From the sequence record OZ346164.1: a DNA stretch of 64,000 bases. One strand, 5' to 3'. How positions within the stretch are numbered: position 1 is the first letter of the stretch; every line of letters starts with the position of its first letter. Under the pieces are notes generated by a model, which saw nothing but the letters and a program-made list of their open reading frames with translations, was not told where the DNA came from and ran no database searches. The stretch is from a phage. A program made the position numbers and the translations under genes. Of this stretch, positions 19,397-30,057 are shown one piece after another.

Positions 19397-19642
19397 TTGA
19401 GAGAGAATAAAATGTTTAACAAAAGTAAAGCTGTGAGTCATGTAGCAAAGGTTGACAGCAAGATTGAAGAACTTGAGCGCATTCTTGCAAATGCCAGAGA
19501 GTCAATAATTAAAGAAGTTGAAGCTGTTGAATCTCAAATGCAACACCTAATGCTTAAACGTCAAGAGTTACGTGAGCATCTGGAATATATTGAAACACGA
19601 GAGCTAAAGGTTAACAGATTTTTAAGGAGTCCAAATGTTTAA
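19397..19642 (+). CDS. hypothetical small protein
   Basis: 81 aa ORF. Confidence 0.3.
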   Translation: MRENKMFNKSKAVSHVAKVDSKIEELERILANARESIIKEVEAVESQMQHLMLKRQELREHLEYIETRELKVNRFLRSPNV

Positions 19643-20390
19643 CTCAAGAGAAGCAGTAAAAAACTGGAATCTTCGTTGTGGAAACACTCAAAAGCAACCT
19701 TACAGTGATGAGTATTGGGAATCTTTAAAATCCCAGTCTCTGTGTATGCTTGAAGAAGCAAAAGAGCTTGTAAAAGCAATTGAAGAGAAAGACCCCATTG
19801 AGACACTGGATGCTCAGGCAGATTTGCAATATGTTCTTGATGGTCTGATTTATCTGTCACAACATGACCATAACGGTGCTATGAAAGCTGTTTGCCATAA
19901 TAATGACCTGAAATACACAGATAACTATGAAGAAGCTTTAAAACGTCTTGCAGATATTGAAAAGCGTACTGGTCAAGAGTGTATTATCAGAATGTCAGTA
20001 GTTGATGGTAAAGAGTGGTATGCAATTGTTCGTGCAGCAGATGGGAAGATTATGAAGCAATCAAATCTCCCTAAAGTACAGCTTGGTGAATACATTGTAG
20101 AACTTGAAAGCCAAGAACTTTTTGTGGTAGTATCTGAGACATGCGTTATCTGCAAAGGTATTGTATGTAGCTTAAAGGATTTGGGTGTAGATGGTTTTGT
20201 AGAAGTTAATCCAATTACCTCTAAAGCAGATAAAGATTTCTGTAAAGAGAATGGACTATGGATTGCAGATATTGTCTACTATGATGGTGAGCAGTTCCAT
20301 GTAACCTCATACCCGAAACTGAATTATGATGCTAATAACCTGAAGTGCTGGTTAAAAGGGGTTGGTTATAATGGATTCACAGAACATTAA
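19635..20390 (+). CDS. hypothetical protein
   Basis: 251 aa ORF. Confidence 0.4.
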   Translation: MFNSREAVKNWNLRCGNTQKQPYSDEYWESLKSQSLCMLEEAKELVKAIEEKDPIETLDAQADLQYVLDGLIYLSQHDHNGAMKAVCHNNDLKYTDNYEEALKRLADIEKRTGQECIIRMSVVDGKEWYAIVRAADGKIMKQSNLPKVQLGEYIVELESQELFVVVSETCVICKGIVCSLKDLGVDGFVEVNPITSKADKDFCKENGLWIADIVYYDGEQFHVTSYPKLNYDANNLKCWLKGVGYNGFTEH

Positions 20391-20694
20391 TAAAGAGGGT
20401 GTGGCTCAGAAGAGCCACTTCTCAAACTACAATATTTCTATGACGGTGTTTATGAATGACCCGTTACTAGAAAAATATGGTGAGACTCCAGATACACTTC
20501 TGGACAATGAACAAGTTTTAAAAGCAGTCCTGTACAAATATGGGATTGATATTGAGAAAGAGTATTCTTTTGAAATCTGCCAACACAGAAATACTTTTGG
20601 GAAAGTTGTAATGGCTCCACTCTTCATGGGTGTAGAAAGGACTGACTATGGTTGGTTATATCTAAAAAGAAACTTGGAGAAATACCGTGTCTAA
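20362..20694 (+). CDS. hypothetical protein
   Basis: 110 aa ORF. Confidence 0.3.
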   Translation: MVIMDSQNINKEGVAQKSHFSNYNISMTVFMNDPLLEKYGETPDTLLDNEQVLKAVLYKYGIDIEKEYSFEICQHRNTFGKVVMAPLFMGVERTDYGWLYLKRNLEKYRV

Positions 20695-21022
20695 AACAAA
20701 AAAGCTATCTTATGATGACATTATCTCAGGTGCTAAGTTAGGTGTTGACAGTATCGGACAAGATATCAAGCACGGAGACACAGTCATGTACTGTGATGAC
20801 CGAAGAGGAAGAAGTGCAATCTTGTTTGGAAGGATTGTTTGCAAGATGCGAGGTAATTACGTTGTTGCAGACATGGATGTGAACGTTACACAAAAACTTG
20901 AAACAATTATGGATGATAATACACCATCATGGTTCCTAAATTGTATGCACACCTCGTCAGTCACAAAAGTAAGTGATAAGTTTTACGATATGTGGCAGAA
21001 TGAGCAAATTTTCAAGATTTAA
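20687..21022 (+). CDS. hypothetical protein
   Basis: 111 aa ORF followed by terminator. Confidence 0.35.
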   Translation: MSKTKKLSYDDIISGAKLGVDSIGQDIKHGDTVMYCDDRRGRSAILFGRIVCKMRGNYVVADMDVNVTQKLETIMDDNTPSWFLNCMHTSSVTKVSDKFYDMWQNEQIFKI

Positions 21023-21025
21023 ACT

Positions 21026-21052
21026 ATGGAGCCTCTTCGGAGGCTCTTTTCA
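21026..21052 (+). terminator. rho-independent terminator
   Basis: GGAGCCTCTTCGGAGGCTC hairpin plus T-run. Confidence 0.6.
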
Positions 21053-21068
21053 TCTGTAGGATTCAAAA

Positions 21069-23303
21069 ATGATTAAGACAATTAAAAAATCAAACGGTAC
21101 AGTAGTAAGCTTTGACCCAGAAAGACTGAATAAGTGGGCATCATGGGCAGATAAACGTGGGATTATCTGGTCAGAAGTCACTATGGAAGCCATGAAACGT
21201 GTCTATGAGGGTTGCACTACAAAAGAGATGCACCAAGCCATGATTGATGTTTGTGTTGATAAACAAACTCAAGAGTACTCAGATATGGCTGGACGACTGC
21301 TTTTGGGTATTATCTACAAAGAAGCCTTTGGAGGCTTTACTAAGGTTCCTACGCTGGTTACCTTCGTTAAAAATATGGAGAGAGCAGGACTTTGGGAGAA
21401 GATGGACTATTCACAGGAAGAGCTTGAATATCTGCAAGGTTACATCGTACACTCAAAAGATATCTCTTACGGCTATGCAGTCTTGAAACAGTTCAGAGAC
21501 AAGTATGGTATCCGTGATATTAAAACTGGAAGACTTTTTGAGTCACCACAATTTATGTTTATGGGTATGGCTATGAAAGCCTTTGAGAAGCAACCAAAGC
21601 ACCGTAGACTGCAAGATGTTATCAAGCTGTACACTTACCTATCCGACCTGAAGATTAACGCTCCTACGCCTTATTTAAATGGTTTAAGAGCAACTAAATC
21701 AGGTTATGCGTCATGCTGTTTGATTAAGGCAAATGATACTGCTGAGTCTCTCGGTATTGCTGCAAAGGTTGCTTATGATATGACCACAAAGCAAGCTGGT
21801 ATTGGTATGCTGATGGAGACACGTACTATTGGTGATGGTATCCGTCAAAACACTATTGAGCACATGGGTAAACTACCTTATTACAAGCTTGTACGTTCAT
21901 CTGTAGAGGCAAACAAACAGAAGAGCCGTGGTGGTTCAGCTAATAACTTCTACACCGCTCTAGACCCGCAGATTGAAGACTTACTGCGTTTGAAGCACCC
22001 TACAACGGTTCCTTCTAAACGTATTAATGAGATGGACTACTCATTCGGCACAAACGATTATTTCTGGCAGTGTGTTCAGTATGATACAGATTGGTTGCTA
22101 TTCTCGTACAAAGATGCACCAAAACTCTATGACATGTTCTACACAGCATCTGCTGATGAGTTTGCTATGGCAGTTGGTCACGCAGTACACTCAGGAGTTA
22201 AGCACAGACGAGTTAAGGCTCGTGAAATTGCTAAGCTGTTTATTCAACAGCGTTATGCTACAGGACGTGTGTATCCATTCTTCACTAACAATGCAAACAC
22301 ACATACACCATTTAAAGAGCCTTTGAAGATGTCAAATCTTTGTATGGAAATTGTGTTGCCAGTGTATGGTTTTGAGAAAGAGACAGACCTTTACAGAGAC
22401 GATGCTGTGAAAGAGGATGGTGAGGTGGCTCTTTGCTTCCTAGCTAGTTTGGTTGCAGGGAGAATTTCAGAAGATGAATACGCTGACGTTGCTTATTATG
22501 CTCTTGCAATGGTTGACTCCGTTATTGACCTTATGGATTATCCGTATCCGTCGATGCGTAACCATGTTCAGAAGCGTCGTTCTGTTGGGATTGGCCTTAC
22601 AAATGTGGCTCATTACCTTGCGAAGAACTACGTGAACTACTCTTCACGAGCAGGTAAAACGAAACTTCATGAACTTGCAGAGATGCACTCTTACTATCTG
22701 CATGAAGCTTCTCTGAGACTTGCTAAAGAGCGTGGTGTTCCAGAGTACATGAAGTTCACTAAGTATCCTGAAGGCTGGGTTCCTCCAAAGACAGCTAACA
22801 AGAAGATTGATGAAAAGCATGATGCAAAACTACGATATGATTGGGATGACTTAGCACAACGTATCAAAGAAAATGGTGGAATCCGAAACTCTGTATTAGA
22901 AGCTTACATGCCTAATGAGAGTTCTTCACTAGCAACTAATACGACAAACGGCTTGTACCCAATTCGTGACTTTATTTTAACTAAAAAGTCTGCAACTGGT
23001 AACGTACTGTTTATTGTTCCAGATTATGAAGAGTTGAAGTATGTCTATGAAATTGCTTGGAATATTGACACCTTTGATATGATTGATTGTTATGCAATTG
23101 TTCAAAAGTTCACTGGTCAAGCTATCTCTTCAGACTTCTATGTTGACTATGCAAAGTCTAAGAAGGTATCATTGGCTCAAGCTCTGAAGTACATGATTTA
23201 TGCCAACTCGGTAGGTATGAAAACAATGTACTACCTTAACAGTCGCATTGGTGTAGGTAAATCTGCACTGCAAGATGCTTATTGCGAGGGTTGTGGTGTT
23301 TAG
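21069..23303 (+). CDS. nrdA: ribonucleotide reductase class Ia alpha subunit
   Basis: 744 aa, N-terminal ATP-cone-like region, C-terminal CEGC redox tail. Confidence 0.85.
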   Translation: MIKTIKKSNGTVVSFDPERLNKWASWADKRGIIWSEVTMEAMKRVYEGCTTKEMHQAMIDVCVDKQTQEYSDMAGRLLLGIIYKEAFGGFTKVPTLVTFVKNMERAGLWEKMDYSQEELEYLQGYIVHSKDISYGYAVLKQFRDKYGIRDIKTGRLFESPQFMFMGMAMKAFEKQPKHRRLQDVIKLYTYLSDLKINAPTPYLNGLRATKSGYASCCLIKANDTAESLGIAAKVAYDMTTKQAGIGMLMETRTIGDGIRQNTIEHMGKLPYYKLVRSSVEANKQKSRGGSANNFYTALDPQIEDLLRLKHPTTVPSKRINEMDYSFGTNDYFWQCVQYDTDWLLFSYKDAPKLYDMFYTASADEFAMAVGHAVHSGVKHRRVKAREIAKLFIQQRYATGRVYPFFTNNANTHTPFKEPLKMSNLCMEIVLPVYGFEKETDLYRDDAVKEDGEVALCFLASLVAGRISEDEYADVAYYALAMVDSVIDLMDYPYPSMRNHVQKRRSVGIGLTNVAHYLAKNYVNYSSRAGKTKLHELAEMHSYYLHEASLRLAKERGVPEYMKFTKYPEGWVPPKTANKKIDEKHDAKLRYDWDDLAQRIKENGGIRNSVLEAYMPNESSSLATNTTNGLYPIRDFILTKKSATGNVLFIVPDYEELKYVYEIAWNIDTFDMIDCYAIVQKFTGQAISSDFYVDYAKSKKVSLAQALKYMIYANSVGMKTMYYLNSRIGVGKSALQDAYCEGCGV

Positions 23304-23358
23304 TTTTAACAACTATGAGGGTCGTAAAAGACCCTCTAAAAATAACTTTGGAGAGACC

Positions 23359-23616
23359 ATGAAAGATTTAATAGAAAAACATGAGCGACCTATATACTTG
23401 CTCCACAAGCCTCGGAAAACGATGTACTATGTGAGTAGCACAGACATGATGATAAAACAAAATGATGACTCATGGGTTGCTGGTATCTCTTACATCTCTA
23501 CAGCAGATGGTAAAATCTATGCAAGACCTTATGAGATGTTTAACAAAGAAAATTGGGAAGTTTTAGACAGAAAACAAGCCTTAGAAATGATAAAGAAAGG
23601 AGAAATCACACTATGA
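23359..23616 (+). CDS. hypothetical small protein
   Basis: Internal Met with GGAGA upstream; lies between nrdA and nrdB. Confidence 0.3.
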   Translation: MKDLIEKHERPIYLLHKPRKTMYYVSSTDMMIKQNDDSWVAGISYISTADGKIYARPYEMFNKENWEVLDRKQALEMIKKGEITL

Positions 23617-24686
23617 TTAACCAGCACCCAATCTTTTTAGGTGGTGAGAGAAAAACTTTTGACTCACTTAATAAACACTACCCAAAAATCTTTGAGCTTT
23701 ATAAGCAACAAAAAGCACAAGACTGGTCAGAAGATGAGTTCCCTTTTGAACAATCACGTCTTGATTTTGAGAGTGTCCCAGCATCAATGTCAGGTGTAAT
23801 GCTTGAGATTCTTAAGTGGCAGTGGGAAGCAGATACCCAAGTTGCTAAGAGCTTGGCATTTGCCTTTGCACCATTTATCTCTGATGACATCTATGCAACT
23901 GCAATTATGAAGCAGTCTGAGATTGAAAACCTACATGCTCTTACTTACTCAGAGATTGTAAGGCAATGTATTAAAAACCCTGAAACAATCTTAGATGAGA
24001 TTAACCAGAATGTTGCTGTGCAAGACCGATTAAAAACTGTGAATCGTGTTCTTGAAGAATTACTGGATGAAGGTATAAACTATCGTCTGAATTATGTTCG
24101 TGATTCACTTCTGGACAAAGACCCTTTACACTTCCATAAAGTGATTCTGAAAGGGCTGTTTGCAGTGACTGCACTTGAAGGTATATCTTTTATGGCATCA
24201 TTTGCATGTACTTTTGCACTTGATGCTCAAGATAAATTTCAGGGTATTGCTCAAGCTGTCCAGAAAATTATGCTTGATGAAATCCTTCACACTAAAATTG
24301 ATATTGAAGTTTTAAAAGAAACTTTAAGAGATGATGAGTGGCAGAAAGCTTTTCAACAGATTCTTCCAGAGATTAAAGTAATCTTAGATGAAGTAGTTGA
24401 AAGTGAAGAGAAATGGTCGTATTATATCTTCTCCGAAGGACGTGCTGTAGTTGGCTTAAATACAAAGCTTCTTCATGAGTGGGTTTACTATAATGCTGCC
24501 CCACTGTATGATATGTTTGGCATTCCCAGAGATTTTGTAGCTCCTAAAGAACCACCTTTGAAGTACATGATTAAGAAGATGGAAATTGATAAAGAGCAGA
24601 ATGCTAATCAGGAGCAACAGAACGGTGCGTACCTATTGAATACTGTTGTAGATGATTTGAATAGTGGATTTTTAGAGGTTCCTTAA
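23613..24686 (+). CDS. nrdB: ribonucleotide reductase class Ia beta subunit
   Basis: Size and position after nrdA; start chosen at Met preceded by AAGGAG. Confidence 0.8.
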   Translation: MINQHPIFLGGERKTFDSLNKHYPKIFELYKQQKAQDWSEDEFPFEQSRLDFESVPASMSGVMLEILKWQWEADTQVAKSLAFAFAPFISDDIYATAIMKQSEIENLHALTYSEIVRQCIKNPETILDEINQNVAVQDRLKTVNRVLEELLDEGINYRLNYVRDSLLDKDPLHFHKVILKGLFAVTALEGISFMASFACTFALDAQDKFQGIAQAVQKIMLDEILHTKIDIEVLKETLRDDEWQKAFQQILPEIKVILDEVVESEEKWSYYIFSEGRAVVGLNTKLLHEWVYYNAAPLYDMFGIPRDFVAPKEPPLKYMIKKMEIDKEQNANQEQQNGAYLLNTVVDDLNSGFLEVP

Positions 24687-24928
24687 TGACTTATGTAATT
24701 TACTCCAAAACTGGATGCCCTCAGTGTGAGACTGCAAAGAATTTTGCAAAAGCTCGTGGTATTGACCATGTTGTGAGAATGTTAGGGCAGGATTATGAAC
24801 TGTCAGACCTGATGGATATTGCACAGATGCCAGTCCGTCAGATGCCATTCATCATGAAAACCGATGGACAAAACCTAAAACCTGTTGGGACGCTACAGAA
24901 TTTTATGGCAGAGGTGAATAATGCTTAA
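24686..24928 (+). CDS. glutaredoxin-like protein
   Basis: 80 aa with CPQC redox motif, adjacent to nrd genes. Confidence 0.6.
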   Translation: MTYVIYSKTGCPQCETAKNFAKARGIDHVVRMLGQDYELSDLMDIAQMPVRQMPFIMKTDGQNLKPVGTLQNFMAEVNNA

Positions 24929-25127
24929 ACGCATTTGGGAAGGTTTGGTTGTTGATGCACCAGCTATTGTGATTGGTATGCTTATTGTTAACCTATTTAC
25001 TGACTTTGAACAAGGTTCATTGTTTGGAGCCATGTTACTATGGGTTATCTTCGAAATATTAGAGATACAGCTAGGCATCACTGAAAAACTAAGAGAAATC
25101 TTTGCGAAGTTTTCTAAAAAGATTTAA
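24921..25127 (+). CDS. small membrane protein
   Basis: 68 aa, two hydrophobic segments. Confidence 0.3.
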   Translation: MLKRIWEGLVVDAPAIVIGMLIVNLFTDFEQGSLFGAMLLWVIFEILEIQLGITEKLREIFAKFSKKI

Positions 25128-25131
25128 AATG

Positions 25132-25158
25132 AAAGGGTCTCTTCGGAGACCTTTTTAG
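25132..25158 (+). terminator. rho-independent terminator
   Basis: AGGGTCTCTTCGGAGACCT hairpin plus T-run. Confidence 0.6.
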
Positions 25159-25175
25159 CATGTAAAGGGGCAATA

Positions 25176-26375
25176 ATGAACAAAGTACAGATTATTAAAA
25201 AGAATGGCTCACTTGAAGAACCTGATATCAAAAAAGTTTTAGCAGCAGTCACAAAGTCAGCTAACAGAGTTGGTTATAAAGAGCTTCCACCAGATGTTAC
25301 TCAAGCTCTTGAGTCAGCATTTATGAGGATTCTGGTAAAGTCCACTAAGCAGAATAATTTGCTAATTTCGGTAAATGATATTCACAGTATTGTTGAGGGT
25401 GCTTTGGCAGAAGTCAATCACGAGATTTATGAGTCTTACTCAACATATAGAAATTACCGTAAAGAGGTTGCTCAAAATTGGGATGAACTCTACCAGAAGA
25501 CCAAAGATACACTCTTCTTAGGCGACCGAGAAAACGCTAATTTTGACAGCAGTTTAATTTCTACAAAAGGCTCAATTATTCGTGGTTACCTGACTAAAGA
25601 AATCTTTAAACAGTACCATTTAACACCAGAGGAACTTGAAGCCATTGAAAAAGGATTTATCTATATCCATGATTTAAGAGACCTAATTTTTGGTGGTATC
25701 AACTGTTGCCTGTTTGACATTGGTAAAGTCCTGAAAGGTGGCTTTGAAATGTCTGGCATTGAATATTGTGAACCGAAGTCTGTGCTGTCAGCCTTACAGG
25801 TTATTGGTGATGTAGTTCTTTCAGCAACTGCACAGCAATTTGGTGGCTTTACTTTAGCAGAGATTGATAAGGTACTTGTACCGTATGCTAAGAAGTCTCT
25901 ACGTTACCATGCTGAAAAAGCAACAGCTTATGGTATTCCTAAAGAACATTACCACAACTATGTCATGGAGCAGCTACAGATTGAATTAACTCAAGGTTTT
26001 CAGTCTCTTGAAATGAAGCTCAATACTGTGCCTTGTAGCCGTGGTGATTTTGCATTCACAACTTTGACATTCGGGTTACTTGACTCAGATATGTCTAATG
26101 AAGATAACCGACTGCAATACATGATTGCGAGCACTCTCCTAGATGTTCGTATGAATGGACAAGGTAAGAGCAAGAAACCTGTTGTATTCCCTAAACTGGT
26201 TTATATTTATGACCAGAAGAGACACAATGAGAATATCTGTCAAGGCCACCTGTACAGTAAAGCTATTGAGTGTTGCTCTAAAGCTATGTATCCAGATTTC
26301 TTAAGTGTATCTGGACATGGTGCTGTAGCAGAGGCTTTTGAGCGTTCTGGCAAGGTAATTTCCCCGATGGGTTAA
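25176..26375 (+). CDS. nrdD: anaerobic ribonucleotide reductase, exon 1
   Basis: ATP-cone N-terminus; reading frame interrupted, resumes at 26678. Confidence 0.75.
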   Translation: MNKVQIIKKNGSLEEPDIKKVLAAVTKSANRVGYKELPPDVTQALESAFMRILVKSTKQNNLLISVNDIHSIVEGALAEVNHEIYESYSTYRNYRKEVAQNWDELYQKTKDTLFLGDRENANFDSSLISTKGSIIRGYLTKEIFKQYHLTPEELEAIEKGFIYIHDLRDLIFGGINCCLFDIGKVLKGGFEMSGIEYCEPKSVLSALQVIGDVVLSATAQQFGGFTLAEIDKVLVPYAKKSLRYHAEKATAYGIPKEHYHNYVMEQLQIELTQGFQSLEMKLNTVPCSRGDFAFTTLTFGLLDSDMSNEDNRLQYMIASTLLDVRMNGQGKSKKPVVFPKLVYIYDQKRHNENICQGHLYSKAIECCSKAMYPDFLSVSGHGAVAEAFERSGKVISPMG

Positions 26376-26677
26376 CAAGCTCTATAGCTCATCTAAAACG
26401 TGCCTAAACAGGGAAACTCTACAGATGTAGACAATCCTGTGCTAAATGATGTACGATGTAAGAAACTATACAACATAGGAGTCTTACATGCCAAATAACT
26501 TCGAATATGAGTTTGAATACATCTAAATGCCGAACGACTAACCGTGATGAATGTAGCGGTGTAGGGTCAAGCGACTCGAAATGGTACGCTACTTAGAAAT
26601 AAGTAGAAGATATAGTCTGGACTTACTGGCGACAGTAAGCAGCTTGAATAAAGCGGGGTAAGCTTAGCGAACTTACT
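26376..26677 (+). other. group I-like intron in nrdD
   Basis: About 300 nt without ORF, contains CAGGGAA/ATCCTGT (P4-like) and GACTAACC/AGATATAGTCT (P7 R/S-like) elements. Confidence 0.6.
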
Positions 26678-27636
26678 TGAACAACAAGTGTAGAGCATTT
26701 TTATCACCATACCATAACGAACATGGTGAAGAGTTTTATGTAGGTCGTGCTAACATTGGTGCTGTATCTTTGAACTTACCAATGATTTATCAGTACACCA
26801 AAGAGAATGGCTTAGATTTCTGGAAAGAGCTTGATAAGTACCTAGAAATGATTCGCAGCTTCCACAAGAAACGTTACGAAATGATTGCTAATATGCCAGC
26901 AAGTTCTAACCCTCTTGCATTCACACAGGGTGGTCTGTACAAAGGGAATAAGAAACCTACTGACAAGGTTGGCTGGGATATCGTGAAGTCCTTCACAGCT
27001 TCTTTTGGGGTTACTGCGCTTGATGAGCTATCTGTTCTTGCTGAAGGTAAACGACTCCATGAAGTTGGAAGCTGTAGTTTTGCATATGATGTTCTGGCAT
27101 ACATTAACATGAAAACTGAAGAGTTTAAGAACGAAGATGGCTTCTTGTATGCGGTATATGGCACTCCAGCAGAATCACTTTGTGGAACTCAGTTAAAACA
27201 GTTCAGAGATATGTTTGGCGTTATTAAAGGTGTCTCTGACAAGGAATACTTTACAAACAGTTTCCATATGAATGTTGCAGCAGACATCTCACCATTTGAG
27301 AAGCAGGACTTAGAAGAGCCATTCTTCCATATCTGTAGAGGTGGTAGAATCCAGTATGTAAGGGTAGCTAACCCAGAAAACTTAACAGCACTTAAAAGTT
27401 GTATTACAAGAGGGATGTTGAAAGGTTTCTATCAGGGGCTTAACTTTGACTTAGCAATCTGTGAACATTGTGGTAACAGACCAAAGGCTGATGTTGAAGA
27501 ATGTGAGGTTTGCCATTCACATGATATCTCTGTGATTAACAGGGTGTGCGGGTACTTGTCATTCACAAAAATTAAAGGTCAGTCTCGAATGAATGACGCT
27601 AAGATGGCAGAAATTAAGGATAGGGTTTCTATGTAA
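26678..27636 (+). CDS. nrdD: anaerobic ribonucleotide reductase, exon 2
   Basis: C-terminal glycyl-radical motif RVCGYLSF and Cys4 zinc site CEHCG...CEVCH. Confidence 0.8.
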
Positions 27637-27647
27637 AACTTGACAAG

Positions 27648-28034
27648 GTGGTGTGGGTCTTGATAGGCTTACATCACCTTTTTATTTGGAGTTACATTAT
27701 GGACTTGTGGCTTTATGTAGCAGTTTGTGGGATTGTATGTCTGATAATCTTATTTATTCTTGGAATAATGCGATTTAGAGACATCATACAGTCAGATTTT
27801 TTGCCTGAGTTTACCATGATAGTTGGAGTTATTACACTTTGTGTCTTGGCTGTGTTCTATTCATACAAAACTGTGATATGGATGGAGGCAAACAATTGTG
27901 TAAAAACTCATCAGCATCGTGAGGTTACTCATTCTGTGAGTGTACTTAGTGGTAGCACCACTATACTTGTCCCACAAACTTCTGTAGAGTATCTTTACAC
28001 ATGTGATAATGGTAAAACTATATGGTGGAATTAA
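27648..28034 (+). CDS. membrane protein
   Basis: 128 aa, several TM segments. Confidence 0.35.
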   Translation: MVWVLIGLHHLFIWSYIMDLWLYVAVCGIVCLIILFILGIMRFRDIIQSDFLPEFTMIVGVITLCVLAVFYSYKTVIWMEANNCVKTHQHREVTHSVSVLSGSTTILVPQTSVEYLYTCDNGKTIWWN

Positions 28035-28237
28035 CAATGACAACACTCTTAAAAGTATTGATACCCATACTACATATAGCAGTCTTCTTTTTTGGTGTTA
28101 GTGTTATGGTATGGGGATTTTCAGACCCACAATGGAGTTTCTCATATCATGGTCAGATGGATTTATGGTCATGCTTCAAACCATTTTTAGGGTTAGCTAT
28201 AGCATTCAGTGCATTACCAACTAAGGTGAAATTATGA
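28022..28237 (+). CDS. small membrane protein
   Basis: 71 aa, two TM segments. Confidence 0.3.
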   Translation: MVELTMTTLLKVLIPILHIAVFFFGVSVMVWGFSDPQWSFSYHGQMDLWSCFKPFLGLAIAFSALPTKVKL

Positions 28238-28629
28238 TTAAGTTGAACCAAAAACAGTTAGAGTGGCTTAAAGATTACGCCTCAGAGTGTGGCTCTTGCG
28301 AAAAGAATCACGTAAAATACTCAACATTCCATACAACCTTCACATTGTATATTGGCGACAACGTTCTAAGTGATTCCGTAGAAGATGGTGTACCGTTGCC
28401 TAATGAATTGCTTGACAAATTAGCTGTAGTCACTGGAACTTGGTCTGAAGAAGACGGTCATGAATTATCTGACAATGTTGTCTTCTACAGTCTTGAAAAT
28501 ATTATGAATCCAGAGTACATTATGCTAATGACTTGTGCACAAGATTGTGTGCCATTGCAAAACTTCATTAAAGAGCACTGTGAAGAATTTATTACTAAAC
28601 AGGTTCCCTGTCAGGTAGTGTTTGAATGA
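28234..28629 (+). CDS. hypothetical protein
   Basis: 131 aa ORF. Confidence 0.35.
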   Translation: MIKLNQKQLEWLKDYASECGSCEKNHVKYSTFHTTFTLYIGDNVLSDSVEDGVPLPNELLDKLAVVTGTWSEEDGHELSDNVVFYSLENIMNPEYIMLMTCAQDCVPLQNFIKEHCEEFITKQVPCQVVFE

Positions 28630-28688
28630 GTAAAACAATTCGAAGAAAAGGTTTAAAGAGCGATTAAATAAATTGGTGAGGTAACTAG

Positions 28689-29174
28689 ATGAATTACATG
28701 GAGATTAGACCATTCGATACATCTAATGGTGAAGGGGTTCGTGTAAGCCTCTTCGTAGCTGGTTGTAAGCATCACTGTGAAGGCTGCTTTAACAGGGAGT
28801 CTTGGAAGTTTAATGCTGGTAAAGTATTTACTTATGCAAACTTCTACGGCATCATTAAGTTAATGGATGATGATGCTGTCAGTGGGCTGTCAATACTTGG
28901 TGGAGAACCTCTGGATGATAGAAATATTCAAGAGGTTACCAACATATGCAAACGTATTAAAACCGTTTACCCAGAAAAATCTATCTGGCTCTGGACAGGT
29001 TTTCAGTTACACGAAAAAATTCACCTAGATGTGATGAAATATGTTGACGTGGTGATTGATGGTAAGTATGATTCATCTAAACCAACAGTTAAACCATATC
29101 GTGGTTCTGATAACCAAAACCTCTGGAGAAAAGAGTATGGATGGCAAGGCGATTGTCAATGGCGAGCAGAGTGA
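28689..29174 (+). CDS. nrdG: anaerobic ribonucleotide reductase activating protein
   Basis: Radical-SAM-like Cys cluster CKHHCEGC near N-terminus; follows nrdD. Confidence 0.7.
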   Translation: MNYMEIRPFDTSNGEGVRVSLFVAGCKHHCEGCFNRESWKFNAGKVFTYANFYGIIKLMDDDAVSGLSILGGEPLDDRNIQEVTNICKRIKTVYPEKSIWLWTGFQLHEKIHLDVMKYVDVVIDGKYDSSKPTVKPYRGSDNQNLWRKEYGWQGDCQWRAE

Positions 29175-29412
29175 TTATTCTGGCAAATGGACTTACGACA
29201 TCAACAAGTTAGATGCTTGGATGATTTATACGAGAGAAAAATTTGGTGCAAGTTCATTATGTGCTCTTGCAACGATGGTGAAGAACGTTACCTTTGACAT
29301 TCATGACTCAGATAAGTTTGGAGACTTCTACAGGATTCAAAACATCAGAGAAGGCATGACTCCAATTGGTATCACTGAAGAAGAACTTCATAAGTTCTGT
29401 ATTAAACTTTAA
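29137..29412 (+). CDS. hypothetical protein
   Basis: Start moved to internal Met with GGAG upstream to avoid nrdG overlap. Confidence 0.3.
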   Translation: MDGKAIVNGEQSDYSGKWTYDINKLDAWMIYTREKFGASSLCALATMVKNVTFDIHDSDKFGDFYRIQNIREGMTPIGITEEELHKFCIKL

Positions 29413-29693
29413 TGAGAGAGACTAAAATGGGAATTTTAGGTAATATGAAAGCTGGCTTCTTGAAGGCACTGGCAAAAGCAGCAGCAATCATTTCTATGAC
29501 TGGAAAGCAGGTTGGTGTAGATGCTTCAGCAGTTGCACAAGTTCTTACAAGCCAAATTGAACAGCAACCTTACATCTACGTAGGCCGTGGCAAAGGTGGT
29601 AAAAAACAAGCACATCGACCAACTGGTGCAGCAGCAATTAAACGTGCAGCTAAAAAAGCTCGTAACCGTAAACGTAATAAGAAGGCTAAATAA
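29412..29693 (+). CDS. hypothetical basic protein
   Basis: 93 aa, highly basic C-terminus. Confidence 0.35.
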   Translation: MRETKMGILGNMKAGFLKALAKAAAIISMTGKQVGVDASAVAQVLTSQIEQQPYIYVGRGKGGKKQAHRPTGAAAIKRAAKKARNRKRNKKAK

Positions 29694-29695
29694 TC

Positions 29696-30016
29696 ATGAG
29701 CAAAGTTTATAACACTCGCAAATTACAGATTTTCGTACTGTGCCAGTTTATGGCTAAAGAATACAACTTCTACTATTGCGGCACAGGTTTTATTAGCGAC
29801 GATGATGGTTCATACCTACCATTCAAAGAAGCTGTAAAACTCTTTAATGAAGAGAAAAGCTCTAAGAAAGATATTGAAAAGGTTAAGCTAACTTACAGTA
29901 AGAAAGATAAGAAGATTATCTGCCTAGATAACTTTGTAAAAGTTACTGGAGAAGCAAAAGAGTTTATGGATGAGAGTGAGATTTCATTCACAAGCATCTT
30001 GAAAGTAGCTCAGTAA
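29696..30016 (+). CDS. hypothetical protein
   Basis: 106 aa ORF followed by terminator. Confidence 0.35.
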   Translation: MSKVYNTRKLQIFVLCQFMAKEYNFYYCGTGFISDDDGSYLPFKEAVKLFNEEKSSKKDIEKVKLTYSKKDKKIICLDNFVKVTGEAKEFMDESEISFTSILKVAQ

Positions 30017-30027
30017 ACAGATACTAT

Positions 30028-30057
30028 AAGGGAACTGTAAAGGTTCCCTTTTTATTT
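30028..30057 (+). terminator. rho-independent terminator
   Basis: GGGAAC...GTTCCC hairpin plus T-run. Confidence 0.6.

Noticed and set aside
29056-29136. Track start at 29056 for the ORF ending 29412
   Set aside because: It would overlap the last 119 nt of nrdG; an internal Met at 29137 with a GGAG upstream avoids the overlap.
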